51,651 nt of DNA from Candidatus Subterrananammoxibius californiae (GTDB lineage: Bacteria; Planctomycetota; Brocadiia; Brocadiales; Subterrananammoxibiaceae), in NCBI GenBank assembly GCA_030586555.1, contig JAURAC010000005.1, positions 20,208 to 71,858 of the forward strand, read 5' to 3'. Below, in pieces: positions 1-10,887 of the stretch (its first letter is position 1; each line of letters starts with the position of its first letter). Below the pieces are notes generated by a model. The model saw only the letters and a program-made list of their open reading frames with translations, was not told the DNA's origin and did no database searches. The position numbers and the translations under genes are program-made.

Positions 1-157
1 CTAATGGATAGACAAAACTCCCCTGTGCATATCTTGAATAAGAAGTTAAGCTCTTCTCGTGCATTTCACCAACGATTACCTTCAAGCCTCTTCTGCCAAG
101 AGACCTTGTTACAGCCAATGCTGAACGCTGGTCGCCTGCAGTCACCATTACAGTCAT
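1..157 (-). CDS. ATP-grasp / carboxylate-amine ligase family protein, N-terminal part (runs off window)
   Basis: Not in the ORF track. Manual translation gives MTVMVTAGDQRSALAVTRSLGRRGLKVIVGE...SYSRY, typical of EPS-locus ATP-grasp N-termini. ATGA overlap with the upstream stop. Confidence 0.7.
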   Translation of the reverse strand, partial: MTVMVTAGDQRSALAVTRSLGRRGLKVIVGEMHEKSLTSYSRYAQGSFVYPL

Positions 158-1395
158 AGCTTCGGCTCCAAGCCCACATCCACCTGAGGCGGACTAACAG
201 AATTTTTTGCCCATTGTTTAATAATTATAATGCTGGCAATGATAATGTATAAATATATCCTATATGTATGAGAAAGAAATAAAGAGCATACTGTAAAGCC
301 TATTAAACTGAGTTCGAAAGATTTAGTTAAGATGAAAAGCTCTTTTGTTTCCTCTGCGGAATTTGCGTTTAACAAATGGGTTTTAATCATCTTAAGGTCT
401 TTAAATGTTACATAATAAAGAAGAATGTAACAAAGAAAGGCAAAAATTCCTACTTCTGCCATAATCAGTATAAATGAGTTGTGCGCAGTAAACCAGCCCT
501 GCTGATAGCCCCTAAAAGGCAGGTTGTAGATAGTACCTATTGCCCTTGGAAAGCAGTTAACGCCTACTCCAAAAAGAGGATTATCTTTTACCATCTTTAA
601 TCCAGATTTCCATAGCTCAATCCTTAGACTTGCCGAATCAGCCGTTTCTATTGAAGTTATGGAGGAGAATCTATGAAAAGCGCTTGCCGGTATAATTGTG
701 TAAAGCATAACTGCCATAAATCCACAAAGCATTATTGCGGTTAATTTTTTATTGCTTTTTATAATATAGCCCAGTCCCACAACTAAAAGTCCAATAAGAC
801 CACCTTTTGATTGCGTTGCAAGTGTTCCAAGTAGATAGGCGCCTATGCCACAGCCCAACACTATCTTGGTAACAAAGGATTTGCTTAGTTGAATTAATCC
901 AACAAGCAGTGGAATTGTGGTAATTAGAAAAGACGCAAGGTCGTTTTGGTCTCCATAAAAACCACTTCGTTCTATCCCAAAACGACTCTCTGTCTGTCCT
1001 GATACATAAAACTTTATCGAGAGAAAAACAATATGAATGGTACTTAAGAATATTACCCACATTACTATTTTTAAGTCACGTGGTTTTTGTACAAGATTTA
1101 AAAATATCAGGTAAATTATAACAATCTTACAAAAACCTAAACAGCCAGATAGAGATTGTCCCTGGCTAATCGCAAAAGGGATAGATAAAAACATTAGCAA
1201 TATTATTATAAATAGCAAAAGATTCTGAGGCACCTTCATAAATAAGCTTATCTTGCCTCGTTCAAAAAGTGTTGCGAATATGAGCAAACCTGCAGTAAAC
1301 TTCATGTAAGGTATGCTTGCAAAAAAGGGAATAAACTCATTAGGGCGAAAGTATTCCAAAGCTATATAAATAACTAACAACCAAAAAGAAATCAC
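154..1395 (-). CDS. O-antigen ligase / Wzy-like polymerase (exosortase-locus associated)
   Basis: Multi-TM protein with R-x-x-LW-x-x-G...PLFGVG and AHNSF motifs of the Wzy_C family. Confidence 0.85.
   Translation of the reverse strand: MISFWLLVIYIALEYFRPNEFIPFFASIPYMKFTAGLLIFATLFERGKISLFMKVPQNLLLFIIILLMFLSIPFAISQGQSLSGCLGFCKIVIIYLIFLNLVQKPRDLKIVMWVIFLSTIHIVFLSIKFYVSGQTESRFGIERSGFYGDQNDLASFLITTIPLLVGLIQLSKSFVTKIVLGCGIGAYLLGTLATQSKGGLIGLLVVGLGYIIKSNKKLTAIMLCGFMAVMLYTIIPASAFHRFSSITSIETADSASLRIELWKSGLKMVKDNPLFGVGVNCFPRAIGTIYNLPFRGYQQGWFTAHNSFILIMAEVGIFAFLCYILLYYVTFKDLKMIKTHLLNANSAEETKELFILTKSFELSLIGFTVCSLFLSHTYRIYLYIIIASIIIIKQWAKNSVSPPQVDVGLEPKL
179..193. repeat. 15-bp palindrome copy (in the Wzy-like CDS, PPQVD)
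   Basis: TCCACCTGAGGCGGA, 1 mismatch. Confidence 0.8.
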
Positions 1396-1439
1396 TTTAT
1401 AAACTCCAGGGCATTACCAAAAATAAATGAAAATATAAA

Positions 1440-2963
1440 TTAAGGTGATGTAATAACAATATCTTCCTTTTTGCAGGCACCAAAGAAGTACGGAATCTTG
1501 GCTAATTTTTTTAATCTTTGAGGTAAAAAGCTTTCCAGAAGTGTGATGTCTTCTTTCGATAAGTTTCGTGAAAATAAAACTAAGAAGAACACTACACCAA
1601 CAAGTGCATATAAAGGAATAAGTAGGTTGTCGTACCAGAGTATCTGAAGGCCGCAGACTATACAGACCGCAATTATAGAAACTAATAAGGTACGTTTTAA
1701 TGCCGAGATATCAAATCTGGAGGCGTTTAGTTTTGCCAATGAATATCTTGCAAAGAGCAGAGAACCGAGGAGTGAAAAGAATCTTGCAACTGCAACTCCT
1801 AAAAGACCAAAAAGATTTAGAAATGTAAAGGTAGTACTTACCGTAAGGAATGCCTCAAATATTATTAGCTTAAGTCTATCCTTTGGCTTACCGCTTATAA
1901 ATACCGTACTTGAATAGGCAGTATTAATACCATAGAGTATAACCGAAAGAGAAAGAATGACAGTCAGTGGGAGGCCGTCTAAATATTTACCTGCTCCAAA
2001 TAAATGAAGTAAAGGATAAGAGAGTGAAGCGGCAAATAAGCACGGTGGAATCAATGCGAATGATAAATACCTTGAAACTTTTTTAAATGCCCTCTCTAAT
2101 GCAATGGTTCCATTGACCTTAATCTCAGAGAGTGTTGGAATTGTTGGATTCAAGAGAAGGTTGCTGTAACTTATTAGTGGGTCAAAAAATCTTTTAGCCA
2201 CATAGTACACCGCAAGCTTTTCGGGTGCAAGGAAAATACCTACGACTAATTGGTCTGCATGAATTGTTGCCCCGCGAACTAACTCTCCTATCCAGTAAGG
2301 ATAAGAATACGAGAATAATTTCCTGAAGGAATAAAATTTAGTTCGCATAAAGAGCAAATCCCTGAGGAGGAAAATCTGAAGGATATTTATTAAGACCTCT
2401 CCAATTAAAAGTGCAATCAAGTAGCCCGTAAACCCAAAAAAGAATAAAGGGATTAACGCCATGAGACGAACAAAAATTGAATCTACGATTCCTATTATGC
2501 TTATTTTTCCGAATTGACGGGTTACGCTAAAAAGTGTATAAAATAAATCTTTAAGTTTACCACTAACCATTGCGAATGATATTATTTTTATAAATATTGC
2601 AAAATCTGTTGTTTTGAAAAAGACTTGCGATATAAAAGGGGCAGAAAGATTTAGGGTCAGCGCAAGGAAGGAAACTATAATAAATTGAGACAAAAAAGAG
2701 GTTTTTATTAACCCCATACCTTCCTTTTTCTCTCCCTTTACAAAAAGTTCAGGAACCTTTTGCATACAGGTGGGGTTGAACCCCAACCCCGTTAACATTA
2801 CACTAATACCATTAAACACAAACCAGATAGCTATTACCGATAACTCAAGGGGTGAGAGTAAGCGTGATATTATTATGAAATAAAAGAATGAAAAGGTTGT
2901 GCAGGTTATGAATGAGCCAAGGGTTTTTGTTACGTCTTTGGCGCTTTTTACTGCATTGTCCAT
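1440..2963 (-). CDS. Oligosaccharide flippase (Wzx/MOP family)
   Basis: Many predicted TM segments, SRLLSP...D-x-x-VVG..L pattern, EPS context; ATG at 2963 chosen over TTG at 2996. Confidence 0.85.
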   Translation of the reverse strand: MDNAVKSAKDVTKTLGSFITCTTFSFFYFIIISRLLSPLELSVIAIWFVFNGISVMLTGLGFNPTCMQKVPELFVKGEKKEGMGLIKTSFLSQFIIVSFLALTLNLSAPFISQVFFKTTDFAIFIKIISFAMVSGKLKDLFYTLFSVTRQFGKISIIGIVDSIFVRLMALIPLFFFGFTGYLIALLIGEVLINILQIFLLRDLLFMRTKFYSFRKLFSYSYPYWIGELVRGATIHADQLVVGIFLAPEKLAVYYVAKRFFDPLISYSNLLLNPTIPTLSEIKVNGTIALERAFKKVSRYLSFALIPPCLFAASLSYPLLHLFGAGKYLDGLPLTVILSLSVILYGINTAYSSTVFISGKPKDRLKLIIFEAFLTVSTTFTFLNLFGLLGVAVARFFSLLGSLLFARYSLAKLNASRFDISALKRTLLVSIIAVCIVCGLQILWYDNLLIPLYALVGVVFFLVLFSRNLSKEDITLLESFLPQRLKKLAKIPYFFGACKKEDIVITSP

Positions 2964-3030
2964 TGTTTTTTGCGTGTTGTTATTCAAGATATCCAAGCCC
3001 GTGCGACCTTTCTTTCATTATATTTTCATC

Positions 3031-4494
3031 TTATTCAGTTAGTATTTTAGGTGGCAGTTCGGCATGGTCAGTCTCATACGTATTGATAAACTTGATTGGA
3101 TTTTTATGTAAGAATTCATCCTTAAATGCGGCTTCTATGACCCTTCCGTCCATGTCACGTGCAACTTCCAGGGTAAGCAAATAAAGGATAGTCGGTGTTA
3201 TATCAGGGGCGCTAACGGAAGGTAACCGTTCAGATTTCTTAATGTTTTTTCCACTCATGAGTAACGTGCCAAGTGGATGGTGTTCTCCAATCCGCCTCCC
3301 CGTGAGAATTAAGAGGTCTTCGAAACGGGTTATCCTATCTCCAATTATAATGTTCATGGCGCTATTAAGTAGATTTGCTCGTCTAACATTCAATGTAATA
3401 TACTCATCGTTGATAATTCTCACATCAAAAACCCTTTCTTCATCTCCTTTAATCTTTACGCCTTCAAACTTTGACTTTAGCTGTGTAAGAATATGCAGCT
3501 TTTCTTGTTCATTTAAGACTATTCGTTTTGGGCGGATGAACGCCGTTACTCCCATATTGGTACAATAAACATCGTTATCTAACATTAGTTTTCGTAACAG
3601 TGTTTCGGTTCTTGTAAAACATAGTCTTTCGCCATCTCCGGATTGAAAACCATGGTCAGACATTATTATAAATGTAGTACCTTCCTCGGTAGAATCGTAT
3701 ATCTTTCCTAACACTTTATCTACGTCTATGTAACATTTTGACACATTATCAAGTCGGCACCTTTTGGGTATTTCACTTTTTTGTCTAAAAGAGAATTCTT
3801 TTGGCCAGTAAGCGTGGGATATTGAATCAATAATACTGGTATAAAAAATTGTGAAATGAGGTTGTTTTCTTTTAAGCTGCCTAATAAAGACTTCACTCTG
3901 TAGAAACAATTCAGACCTCTTTTTGACGTAATAGGTACCAAGGAATCCCTTATTGTTGATTTTTTCATAGGCATAGGTAAAAATAGTGTTTATCAATGTT
4001 TGAATCTTTACACCTGAAAGAAGTGCATTAAATGCATACTTTAATCCATCAAAAAGGGATAAATCTTTCACCTTTGCAAAGTTTTTAATTTCCAACAAGA
4101 ACTTTAGCTCTTTAGGGTGTGTTTCTAGTCCGGATGATATTTCCAATGGAACTGTAAATAACGTATCGGTCTGTGGTGGATAAGTATAATAGAAATTGAA
4201 CAATCCAATATTGTAACCTTTTTCTTTTAATATTTCCCAGACTCTTTTACACTTAACATGTTCTTCTCCACTGTAAGAAATACCAATACCGTGTTTTTGA
4301 GGTAGTTTTCCAGTCACCATAGATGTCCATATCGAATGTGATTTAAGTGGCTCTGTGGGAATTACCTCACAAAATACACCGTTTTTCATAATTTTTTCAA
4401 ATGCAGGAAGATACCCTTTAGTAACCATAGGTTCAATTACATCCCATGCGAGTCCATCAAGGGCTATAAAAATTAACTTTTCTTTTTCGGACAT
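3031..4494 (-). CDS. Alkaline phosphatase superfamily (type I phosphodiesterase / nucleotide pyrophosphatase-like) protein
   Basis: IALDG, WTSMVTGK.P..HG, SDHGF, DITPTIL and DMDGR motifs; start re-called at MSEKEK. Confidence 0.85.
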   Translation of the reverse strand: MSEKEKLIFIALDGLAWDVIEPMVTKGYLPAFEKIMKNGVFCEVIPTEPLKSHSIWTSMVTGKLPQKHGIGISYSGEEHVKCKRVWEILKEKGYNIGLFNFYYTYPPQTDTLFTVPLEISSGLETHPKELKFLLEIKNFAKVKDLSLFDGLKYAFNALLSGVKIQTLINTIFTYAYEKINNKGFLGTYYVKKRSELFLQSEVFIRQLKRKQPHFTIFYTSIIDSISHAYWPKEFSFRQKSEIPKRCRLDNVSKCYIDVDKVLGKIYDSTEEGTTFIIMSDHGFQSGDGERLCFTRTETLLRKLMLDNDVYCTNMGVTAFIRPKRIVLNEQEKLHILTQLKSKFEGVKIKGDEERVFDVRIINDEYITLNVRRANLLNSAMNIIIGDRITRFEDLLILTGRRIGEHHPLGTLLMSGKNIKKSERLPSVSAPDITPTILYLLTLEVARDMDGRVIEAAFKDEFLHKNPIKFINTYETDHAELPPKILTE

Positions 4495-4510
4495 ATAGAA
4501 TAAACCTTTG

Positions 4511-5203
4511 CTATTTTGTCTCGTCTTTCTTGAGAAGAAATAGAACTTCACTTGAGAAAATAGGCAAAACATCCCACGACCGAACTACAGATAGGCCTGC
4601 GGTATTCGACCGCTGTCGAAAGGAAGCTCTGGTTATGGGAAACGGTACGGGGGGGAATTTGGAAAAAGTATTACGTAGCCAGAGCCTTGCTGCTTGGATG
4701 CCGTCATTAACTCCCGCCGAGAGAATAAGATGGCAACGTGCGACACGCGCAAGTTCCCGAAACATGTTTTGCCTGACAGTATCGGGGACCCGATGCAGTA
4801 ACCGGAGACACACAATACAGTCAAAGGCGCTGTCCTTATACGGTAAACGGGTAGCGTCAGCACGGAAAAGTGCCGTATACGACTTCTGTACAGGGTTTCT
4901 GTCTTGCAGCAGTTTCAACATTTCTTGAGAAATATCAGCACCTACCACGGGAATGCCGAGAGACCTAAACACTTCTGCGAGCTTGCCTGTTCCGCATGGA
5001 ATGTCAAGGATGTTTTTTGGAACTGGGTTGAGTCCAGCCAAAATGTGGTAAATCAGTTTTATTTCTCGATGAGCGATAATCCTGTGTGAAAGGTTTTTTA
5101 GGGTGAGTGGTCCAGTAACAACACTCGAATGGTAGTGTTTGGCAACATTCTCTGACTGATACCAATCACGTGTTAAGGTCCGATAACGGTCCTCATCGTT
5201 CAT
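4511..5203 (-). CDS. Class I SAM-dependent methyltransferase
   Basis: ILDIPCGTG motif I, GADIS, LPYKDSAFD. Confidence 0.85.
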   Translation of the reverse strand: MNDEDRYRTLTRDWYQSENVAKHYHSSVVTGPLTLKNLSHRIIAHREIKLIYHILAGLNPVPKNILDIPCGTGKLAEVFRSLGIPVVGADISQEMLKLLQDRNPVQKSYTALFRADATRLPYKDSAFDCIVCLRLLHRVPDTVRQNMFRELARVARCHLILSAGVNDGIQAARLWLRNTFSKFPPVPFPITRASFRQRSNTAGLSVVRSWDVLPIFSSEVLFLLKKDETK

Positions 5204-5308
5204 TTTGTTGCTCCTGATGTAAATGCTTTATTTACGTGTTTCAAAAATCACTTGCTATTTTTCTAATGCATCGTTTAAGCGTTAACTTTACTTCTTGACT
5301 CTTACAGA

Positions 5309-6445
5309 TTATGTTGCCAAACAATCTTCATAAAGTGCAATTGTCTTATCAACCCATCTTTTTACATCAAAATATTCTTCTGCCCTTTTTCTGCCAGCCT
5401 GACCCATTCCTAAAGCAAGTTCGTTGTTTTGTAAAAGGGTGATAATAGCTTTTGCTAAATCTTTCGGTCTCGCAGGTGGTATTAGAATACCAGTGATACC
5501 ATCCTCTATCAATTCCGGTATACCTCCTACATTTGAAGCAATAACTGGCTTTCCACAGCCCATTGCTTCTGCTATTACTAACCCAAAGGCTTCATCCCAT
5601 ACCGAGGGACACACAAAGATGTCCGTCTCTCTGAGAATTTCATCGGTGTCGTTTCTAAGACCAAGAAAGCGTACATTTTCATTTACTTCCAACCGATTTG
5701 TTAAGTCTAATAACTTTCTAAGGTGACGGCCTTCCCCGACTACCAGAAAAGTTAAGGTTTTCTCGGACGCTAATAGAATCTTTGCCGCCTCCAGAAAGTA
5801 ATCAACCCCCTTTTCTGGAATTAAGTGGGCAATAGTGGTAATTACTTTATTTTCGGATGGAATTTCAAATTGTTTTCTTCCTTCGTTCGTTTTTGTTGAT
5901 GGAACGAACCTATTTAAGTTCACCCCGTTATATATTAAGACCACTTTCCGGGGATTAGTTCCGGGTATTCTGGCATGTCTTCTTTCTACAAATTTTGAAA
6001 CTGCAACGACCCTTTTAACAAACGTCAAACAAAATTTGTTCCGTAAGAAGGTAACCTTCTTTTTAACTGGATTAATATCGTATATTTTACCTGAGAATTC
6101 ATCTGTATATATAATGTTCTTAACACCCGAAAAATAAATAATAATTGGTAATATAGAAAAAATAGACCAGAACCTGATGTGAACAACGTTTGGCTTATAT
6201 TTTCGAATTATTCTGAAAAGGGGAAAATATTTCTGAAATTCGCTGTTTCCTAAATTTAATCGTTCAGTTATACAACCTGCATCAATAAATTTATCTTTCA
6301 AGTGCTCCGGAGGTTGTTCGCAAAAGACTGTGATTGTTCGGAAGCCTCTATCCCTAAGACGAAGCGACAAAGATACTACGGACTCTTCGAGAGAGCCAAA
6401 TTTCATTGGATTTAATTCCATTAGTAGCATTATTGTATAAGGCAT
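5309..6445 (-). CDS. Glycosyltransferase family 4 (GT-B)
   Basis: IYNGV, EKG, EAFGLVIAEAMGCGKPVIASNVGGIPE. Confidence 0.92.
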   Translation of the reverse strand: MPYTIMLLMELNPMKFGSLEESVVSLSLRLRDRGFRTITVFCEQPPEHLKDKFIDAGCITERLNLGNSEFQKYFPLFRIIRKYKPNVVHIRFWSIFSILPIIIYFSGVKNIIYTDEFSGKIYDINPVKKKVTFLRNKFCLTFVKRVVAVSKFVERRHARIPGTNPRKVVLIYNGVNLNRFVPSTKTNEGRKQFEIPSENKVITTIAHLIPEKGVDYFLEAAKILLASEKTLTFLVVGEGRHLRKLLDLTNRLEVNENVRFLGLRNDTDEILRETDIFVCPSVWDEAFGLVIAEAMGCGKPVIASNVGGIPELIEDGITGILIPPARPKDLAKAIITLLQNNELALGMGQAGRKRAEEYFDVKRWVDKTIALYEDCLAT

Positions 6446-6446
6446 A

Positions 6447-7004
6447 TCATTTCTTTTGCGTGATAAATATTTTCTTGAGAATGAAGATTCCAGGAATTTT
6501 TCTCAGTATTTCCCATAAAAATCTTGGACCTACCGTGTTCATATCGCTTAGCAGCAGGGACGAGTATTTTCTGTTTCCAATCACAGTAGCATCTACCATT
6601 TCACCCACAAAAATTGTATGGTCTCCATGTGGATATTCTGCCACCACCCTGCATTCTATGTTGGCAAGACAGCCGTTAATTAAAGGAACTTTACATTCTC
6701 CCAACCTATATTTCAGATGGAACTCTTTAAACTTGTCAATATCACGACCAGACTTACTACCGCAGTTTACTGCCAGCATCTTTTGTTTCTTCGATAAAAC
6801 ATTAACGGCGAATACCCTCGATTTGCGTATAATATCGTGAGTATAACGCTCAGGACAAATACTGGTCAGTAGTAAGGGCGGGGTATGAGAAACTTCGGCA
6901 ACTGTCCCGCTTGTCATGACGTAATTTTTCCCATCAAGAGAGGTGGAAATCAAAACCACCATGTTGTCAATCCCTGCTTCGTAAATATGCTTGATATTGC
7001 CCAT
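6447..7004 (-). CDS. Flavin reductase-like / flavoredoxin family protein
   Basis: PP.L, FAVNVL, SGRDIDKF, IEC.V, GDHTIFVGE; start uncertain (7004 or 7046). Confidence 0.85.
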   Translation of the reverse strand: MGNIKHIYEAGIDNMVVLISTSLDGKNYVMTSGTVAEVSHTPPLLLTSICPERYTHDIIRKSRVFAVNVLSKKQKMLAVNCGSKSGRDIDKFKEFHLKYRLGECKVPLINGCLANIECRVVAEYPHGDHTIFVGEMVDATVIGNRKYSSLLLSDMNTVGPRFLWEILRKIPGIFILKKIFITQKK

Positions 7005-7032
7005 GTTTTGTACTCTTTTAAAACACAGCGGC

Positions 7033-8073
7033 TTAGACCTGTTCAAAATATTTACACGGTCTTTTCCAACAGCGAGTTCTCTTTCCCCAAAGTGTTCCTA
7101 TATATCCGTTTTTTACATTTCCAAAAGGACTCATCTGATAACACATCCTTAAATCACCATTGGGATAAATCATAAGGGTGTTTGCCCACGTCTTGCATCT
7201 GTTTTTTTGATTGCCATAAGTATGGGAGTGTATCTCTCTCGTATAAAGTTCTGGCTCAGCAAAATATCCCTTTACGAACTCTAAGTTTTCAACCGTATTT
7301 AATATTGGATAGCCATTGTATTTCATTGAGACGAGTTCGTCTATAACTTCCATTACTTTATTGGCGTCGTTAATCCATAGGTCGCAGTTCTTGTACCAGT
7401 CAGGGTCTCTTTCCTGACCGTAAATTTGTTCAATCGCCTGGTACTTCACACCTGTAATATTGTTATCCTTTGCCCACTTAGCAATACCCGCAAGTTCATC
7501 CAAGTTATGACTCATAATTGTCGCTTTGGCTACAATTTTTAAATTCTGGTTAAACTCGTTTCTGTATTTTGTGAGACTTTGAAGCGCCGATGTTGTCCTC
7601 TCAAAAAAATCGTCTCTTCCGCGAATAAAATTGTGCATGTCGGGGGTGCTCCCATCGAAAGAAATTTGCACCCCTTGTACCCCAGTTTTAACCACATCCA
7701 GCGCTGTTGCGTCATCCATTATATAGCCATTGCTCAGGAACTCTACCTCCAGACCAAGTTCTACGGCGTGCCTTAATATGAGAATCATATTTTCTTTCAG
7801 GAGGGGTTCCCCTCCTGTAATTGAAATAAAAACAGGCCCAAGCCAGCCTTGCAATTCATCTAATATCCTAAACCAATCCTTGGACGTAAGCTCTTCCGAT
7901 GCCTTGTTTTTCCATATATGGCAGTGTTTACACCTTGCATTGCATCGGTGGGTCATTATGAGCATGACGAATGTGGGCATGCTAAAATCTAACCCGGTTA
8001 GGAACGAAAACTCTTGAGCGCACCTGGCGCTATAATAATTTATTCTTCTTACCAATGCCCGAGAGTTAACCAT
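7033..8073 (-). CDS. Radical SAM protein with C-terminal SPASM/twitch-like cysteines
   Basis: CNARCKHC motif, TGGEPLL, SNG, ISFDG, C-terminal C..I.PNGD...C. Confidence 0.9.
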   Translation of the reverse strand: MVNSRALVRRINYYSARCAQEFSFLTGLDFSMPTFVMLIMTHRCNARCKHCHIWKNKASEELTSKDWFRILDELQGWLGPVFISITGGEPLLKENMILILRHAVELGLEVEFLSNGYIMDDATALDVVKTGVQGVQISFDGSTPDMHNFIRGRDDFFERTTSALQSLTKYRNEFNQNLKIVAKATIMSHNLDELAGIAKWAKDNNITGVKYQAIEQIYGQERDPDWYKNCDLWINDANKVMEVIDELVSMKYNGYPILNTVENLEFVKGYFAEPELYTREIHSHTYGNQKNRCKTWANTLMIYPNGDLRMCYQMSPFGNVKNGYIGTLWGKRTRCWKRPCKYFEQV

Positions 8074-8749
8074 CTTTTGACTCCTCGATTGGCCAACATT
8101 GAGGGAATAGTTCTAATAGTTGCGAGGCAAATTCCTTTTCGTATTCTATTGCGTCTGTCACATTATTGTTTAGAACGGGTGCAGAAATACGTACAAAGGC
8201 GCCGTCTGCCCTGTTTGTAATAAGCTTTCCCCAGAATTTGTTAATCTTAAGCCTCGCTCCATAATCAAGCACCTTATTGCCTGCCGAATGAAACCAGAAT
8301 AAGACGGCTTCTTGTATATCTCCTTTTCTCAAAAGCATCTTCTTTACTCGAACAGTAATATTTCTTGATTTCCAGTGAATATCAGTATCGCTCATCTCGA
8401 TTATTGTCCAGCCTGCTGCTGGGTAGCAAAACTTGGGTATGTGAAATGTTACGCCACCCTTTTTCGTTCCGTAGTACCCTATGTAAAGCCACAAAGTGTT
8501 ATTATCGGCTGAATTATAATAGCGGAATAGATTATCATCGGTGTCGAGCACCTCGTAGATAGAATCCTCAAATTGGCGGTCTTCTCCAGTCCATTTATCA
8601 ATAGTCTGTGGCAGCCTATTAAGCCTTTTTTCCGTAACGACAGCTTCTCCCCTTAAGGATATTAGAAATACACCTGCAATTGTTAATCCTAAAAGGGTAA
8701 GTGAAATTAAAAATGCGCTGAGCCTGTCAAATTTTTTGTTTCTGAACAT
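8066..8749 (-). CDS. epsI: EpsI family exosortase-associated protein
   Basis: H.P..CYP.AGW and RADGAFVRIS motifs; directly follows the exosortase gene. Confidence 0.85.
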   Translation of the reverse strand: MFRNKKFDRLSAFLISLTLLGLTIAGVFLISLRGEAVVTEKRLNRLPQTIDKWTGEDRQFEDSIYEVLDTDDNLFRYYNSADNNTLWLYIGYYGTKKGGVTFHIPKFCYPAAGWTIIEMSDTDIHWKSRNITVRVKKMLLRKGDIQEAVLFWFHSAGNKVLDYGARLKINKFWGKLITNRADGAFVRISAPVLNNNVTDAIEYEKEFASQLLELFPQCWPIEESKDG

Positions 8750-8750
8750 T

Positions 8751-9602
8751 TTACCTTTCAATCCGCCTCAGGCGGACATGTGTAAAAGAGATTCTGCTTA
8801 ATAAGGCATTTAAGAGAAGCATTAGTACAATACCGAGCATGAAGACTGCCATACCTGAAAATTCATGGAGGAAGCCTTCAGCAACTTTATATCCGCAGAA
8901 ATGCGCTAAAATACCTGAAGAAGAGATTCTCGCTATATTTGCCATTAGCGCAAGTGGAACTGTGGAGCAAAGTAGTAGTATCTTTTTTATAAGTGAAATC
9001 CTGGAGAAATGTACAAAGAAAATTCCAAGGGTTATGTAAGAGACCAGAGAGCGTATCCCACTACATGCCTCAACAACCTCCAATGAACCATTTGTCAAAT
9101 GCAAGACATTTCCTTCTCTGATCACAGGAATACCTAAACTATAAATTACATTTGCTGAAACCTTAGATGCGAAGATTTGTAATGGAAATGCCACTATATT
9201 ATAAAGCGCAACTGGTGTAGGAATCATAAAGAACAGAAAGCCCAAAGGGAAATATACCCTTCTTACCACATCAAGCCCGAAATTGAATATTACCAGACTA
9301 ATAAGGATTAAGACAAAAGCAATACGTGCAAATAGGGCAATTTCCCCAGCAACAGAGATTATATAAATAAATATACTGATTGTTAGAAAGATAATCCCAG
9401 GACCATAAGGTTTTATCATTTCTTCTTTAACTATTTTTGCGTGTCTATAACCCAGAAATATTGAGACAAAGGGAATTAAGATGCAGTGGGAGTTGTCAGG
9501 GTCTTCTATCCATTGATAAAACATATCAGGAAAAATGGGTATGCCCAAAGCAATTAAGAACAGAAGAAGCGCTCCATATTTTAAGTAATTAAATTTGTCC
9601 AT
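8751..9602 (-). CDS. Exosortase (EpsH/Xrt family)
   Basis: V.EACSGIRS catalytic Cys, N.aR, H-E..G motifs; multi-TM. Confidence 0.92.
   Translation of the reverse strand: MDKFNYLKYGALLLFLIALGIPIFPDMFYQWIEDPDNSHCILIPFVSIFLGYRHAKIVKEEMIKPYGPGIIFLTISIFIYIISVAGEIALFARIAFVLILISLVIFNFGLDVVRRVYFPLGFLFFMIPTPVALYNIVAFPLQIFASKVSANVIYSLGIPVIREGNVLHLTNGSLEVVEACSGIRSLVSYITLGIFFVHFSRISLIKKILLLCSTVPLALMANIARISSSGILAHFCGYKVAEGFLHEFSGMAVFMLGIVLMLLLNALLSRISFTHVRLRRIER
8762..8776. repeat. 15-bp palindrome copy (in exosortase, VRLRRI)
   Basis: TCCGCCTCAGGCGGA, perfect. Confidence 0.9.
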
Positions 9603-9624
9603 CTCTATAATTATTAGTAAGGTT

Positions 9625-10842
9625 TTATGACCGATTCCCTATTTCTTTACTGATAGTATCTACCATTTTTGCAATATCTTTATCCGATATTAATGAATGT
9701 GTAGGCAGTGTCAATATTCTTTTAGAAACGCATTCCGCATTAGGGTATAAGCCGTTATGTTCAAGATACTCTGGAATGCCTTCTTGTTTATTGAGTGGAA
9801 CGGGATAAAGCCCTGACGCTCCTATGCCTGCTGATAGTAATCTGGATTGTACGGCATCTCGCACCTCGGGACGTTCAAAAATCAAAGGTAATCTCAATAG
9901 GGCGCATCTTAACAAGTGCGGAATGCGGATTGCGGATTGCATGCTCAAGCTTGTTATTATTTTCTGGGAAATCTGTTCTCGTTCAAGCTTGAGCTTATCA
10001 ATCTTCTCTAACATCAAGTCAGCCAGTGAAATTGTAAACCTGCTCATTCTTGTTATGGAAAAACTTAATGAAAATATAGTCTCTCCGAGTTTCAAAAATG
10101 GGATTGAATTGGGAATCCAGTATAAACGTGGATGAAAAAACAACCGGTACAAGAAGGTTTTTAATATAACGGCGATATTTGTCAAAAATGGTGGTTTCGG
10201 TAATTGGTCATAAAACCGTTTTATCTTATTTGCAATTTCTTCAGAATTTGTCACGATTGCTCCTCCATGCATTAAGTTCAAAGGTTTACCTCTTCCAAAA
10301 CTATAGAATCCAACATCGCCAAGTGTACCTAACATTTTGTTTCCATCCGGATTTTCAACATAATTACCAAAGCCCTGTGCAGCGTCCTCTATAAGATATA
10401 TATTTTTTTGAACACAGAGGTCTTTGAGCGCCTGCACGTCAGTGTATATCCCAAAAAGATGAACCGTTACAATGCACAGGGTATCTGAAGAAATTATGTT
10501 CTTTAAGGATTCAATATCATAATTAAAGTTGTTTTTATTGACATCGCATAGCCTTATCTTTAGCCCCGCCTTTACTATAGCGGCTGCTACCGATGGGCAT
10601 GTATAAGCAGGGATAATTACTTCATTTCGCGGGGTGTCAAGTTTCAATGACCTTAATATTATGTAAAGCGCTGCTGTACCGGAGGAGACTAAATAGCAAT
10701 ATTTAGCCCCTAAAAAGGCTTTCATTTTTTTTAAGAAAAATCCCTCGTTATTCCTGGAAAATACACAGTTTAGTGTTGCTGATAAAAAATCTATTAAAGG
10801 GATTGTATGTCCTGCTGGTGGTATTAAGCTAAACACAATCAT
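9625..10842 (-). CDS. DegT/DnrJ/EryC1/StrS family PLP aminotransferase
   Basis: SSGTAAL, IEDAAQ, SFGRGK (PLP Lys), LTLPTH. Confidence 0.88.
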   Translation of the reverse strand: MIVFSLIPPAGHTIPLIDFLSATLNCVFSRNNEGFFLKKMKAFLGAKYCYLVSSGTAALYIILRSLKLDTPRNEVIIPAYTCPSVAAAIVKAGLKIRLCDVNKNNFNYDIESLKNIISSDTLCIVTVHLFGIYTDVQALKDLCVQKNIYLIEDAAQGFGNYVENPDGNKMLGTLGDVGFYSFGRGKPLNLMHGGAIVTNSEEIANKIKRFYDQLPKPPFLTNIAVILKTFLYRLFFHPRLYWIPNSIPFLKLGETIFSLSFSITRMSRFTISLADLMLEKIDKLKLEREQISQKIITSLSMQSAIRIPHLLRCALLRLPLIFERPEVRDAVQSRLLSAGIGASGLYPVPLNKQEGIPEYLEHNGLYPNAECVSKRILTLPTHSLISDKDIAKMVDTISKEIGNRS

Positions 10843-10887
10843 CTTATTTCAGAAGGGTGGGTGAGTCCTTTACCCTTTTTACAATAA

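Noticed and set aside
3522..3536. TTCGTTTTGGGCGGA as a decayed 15-mer (IRPKRI)
   Set aside because: Three arm mismatches plus a non-TNA loop; it cannot be distinguished from chance.
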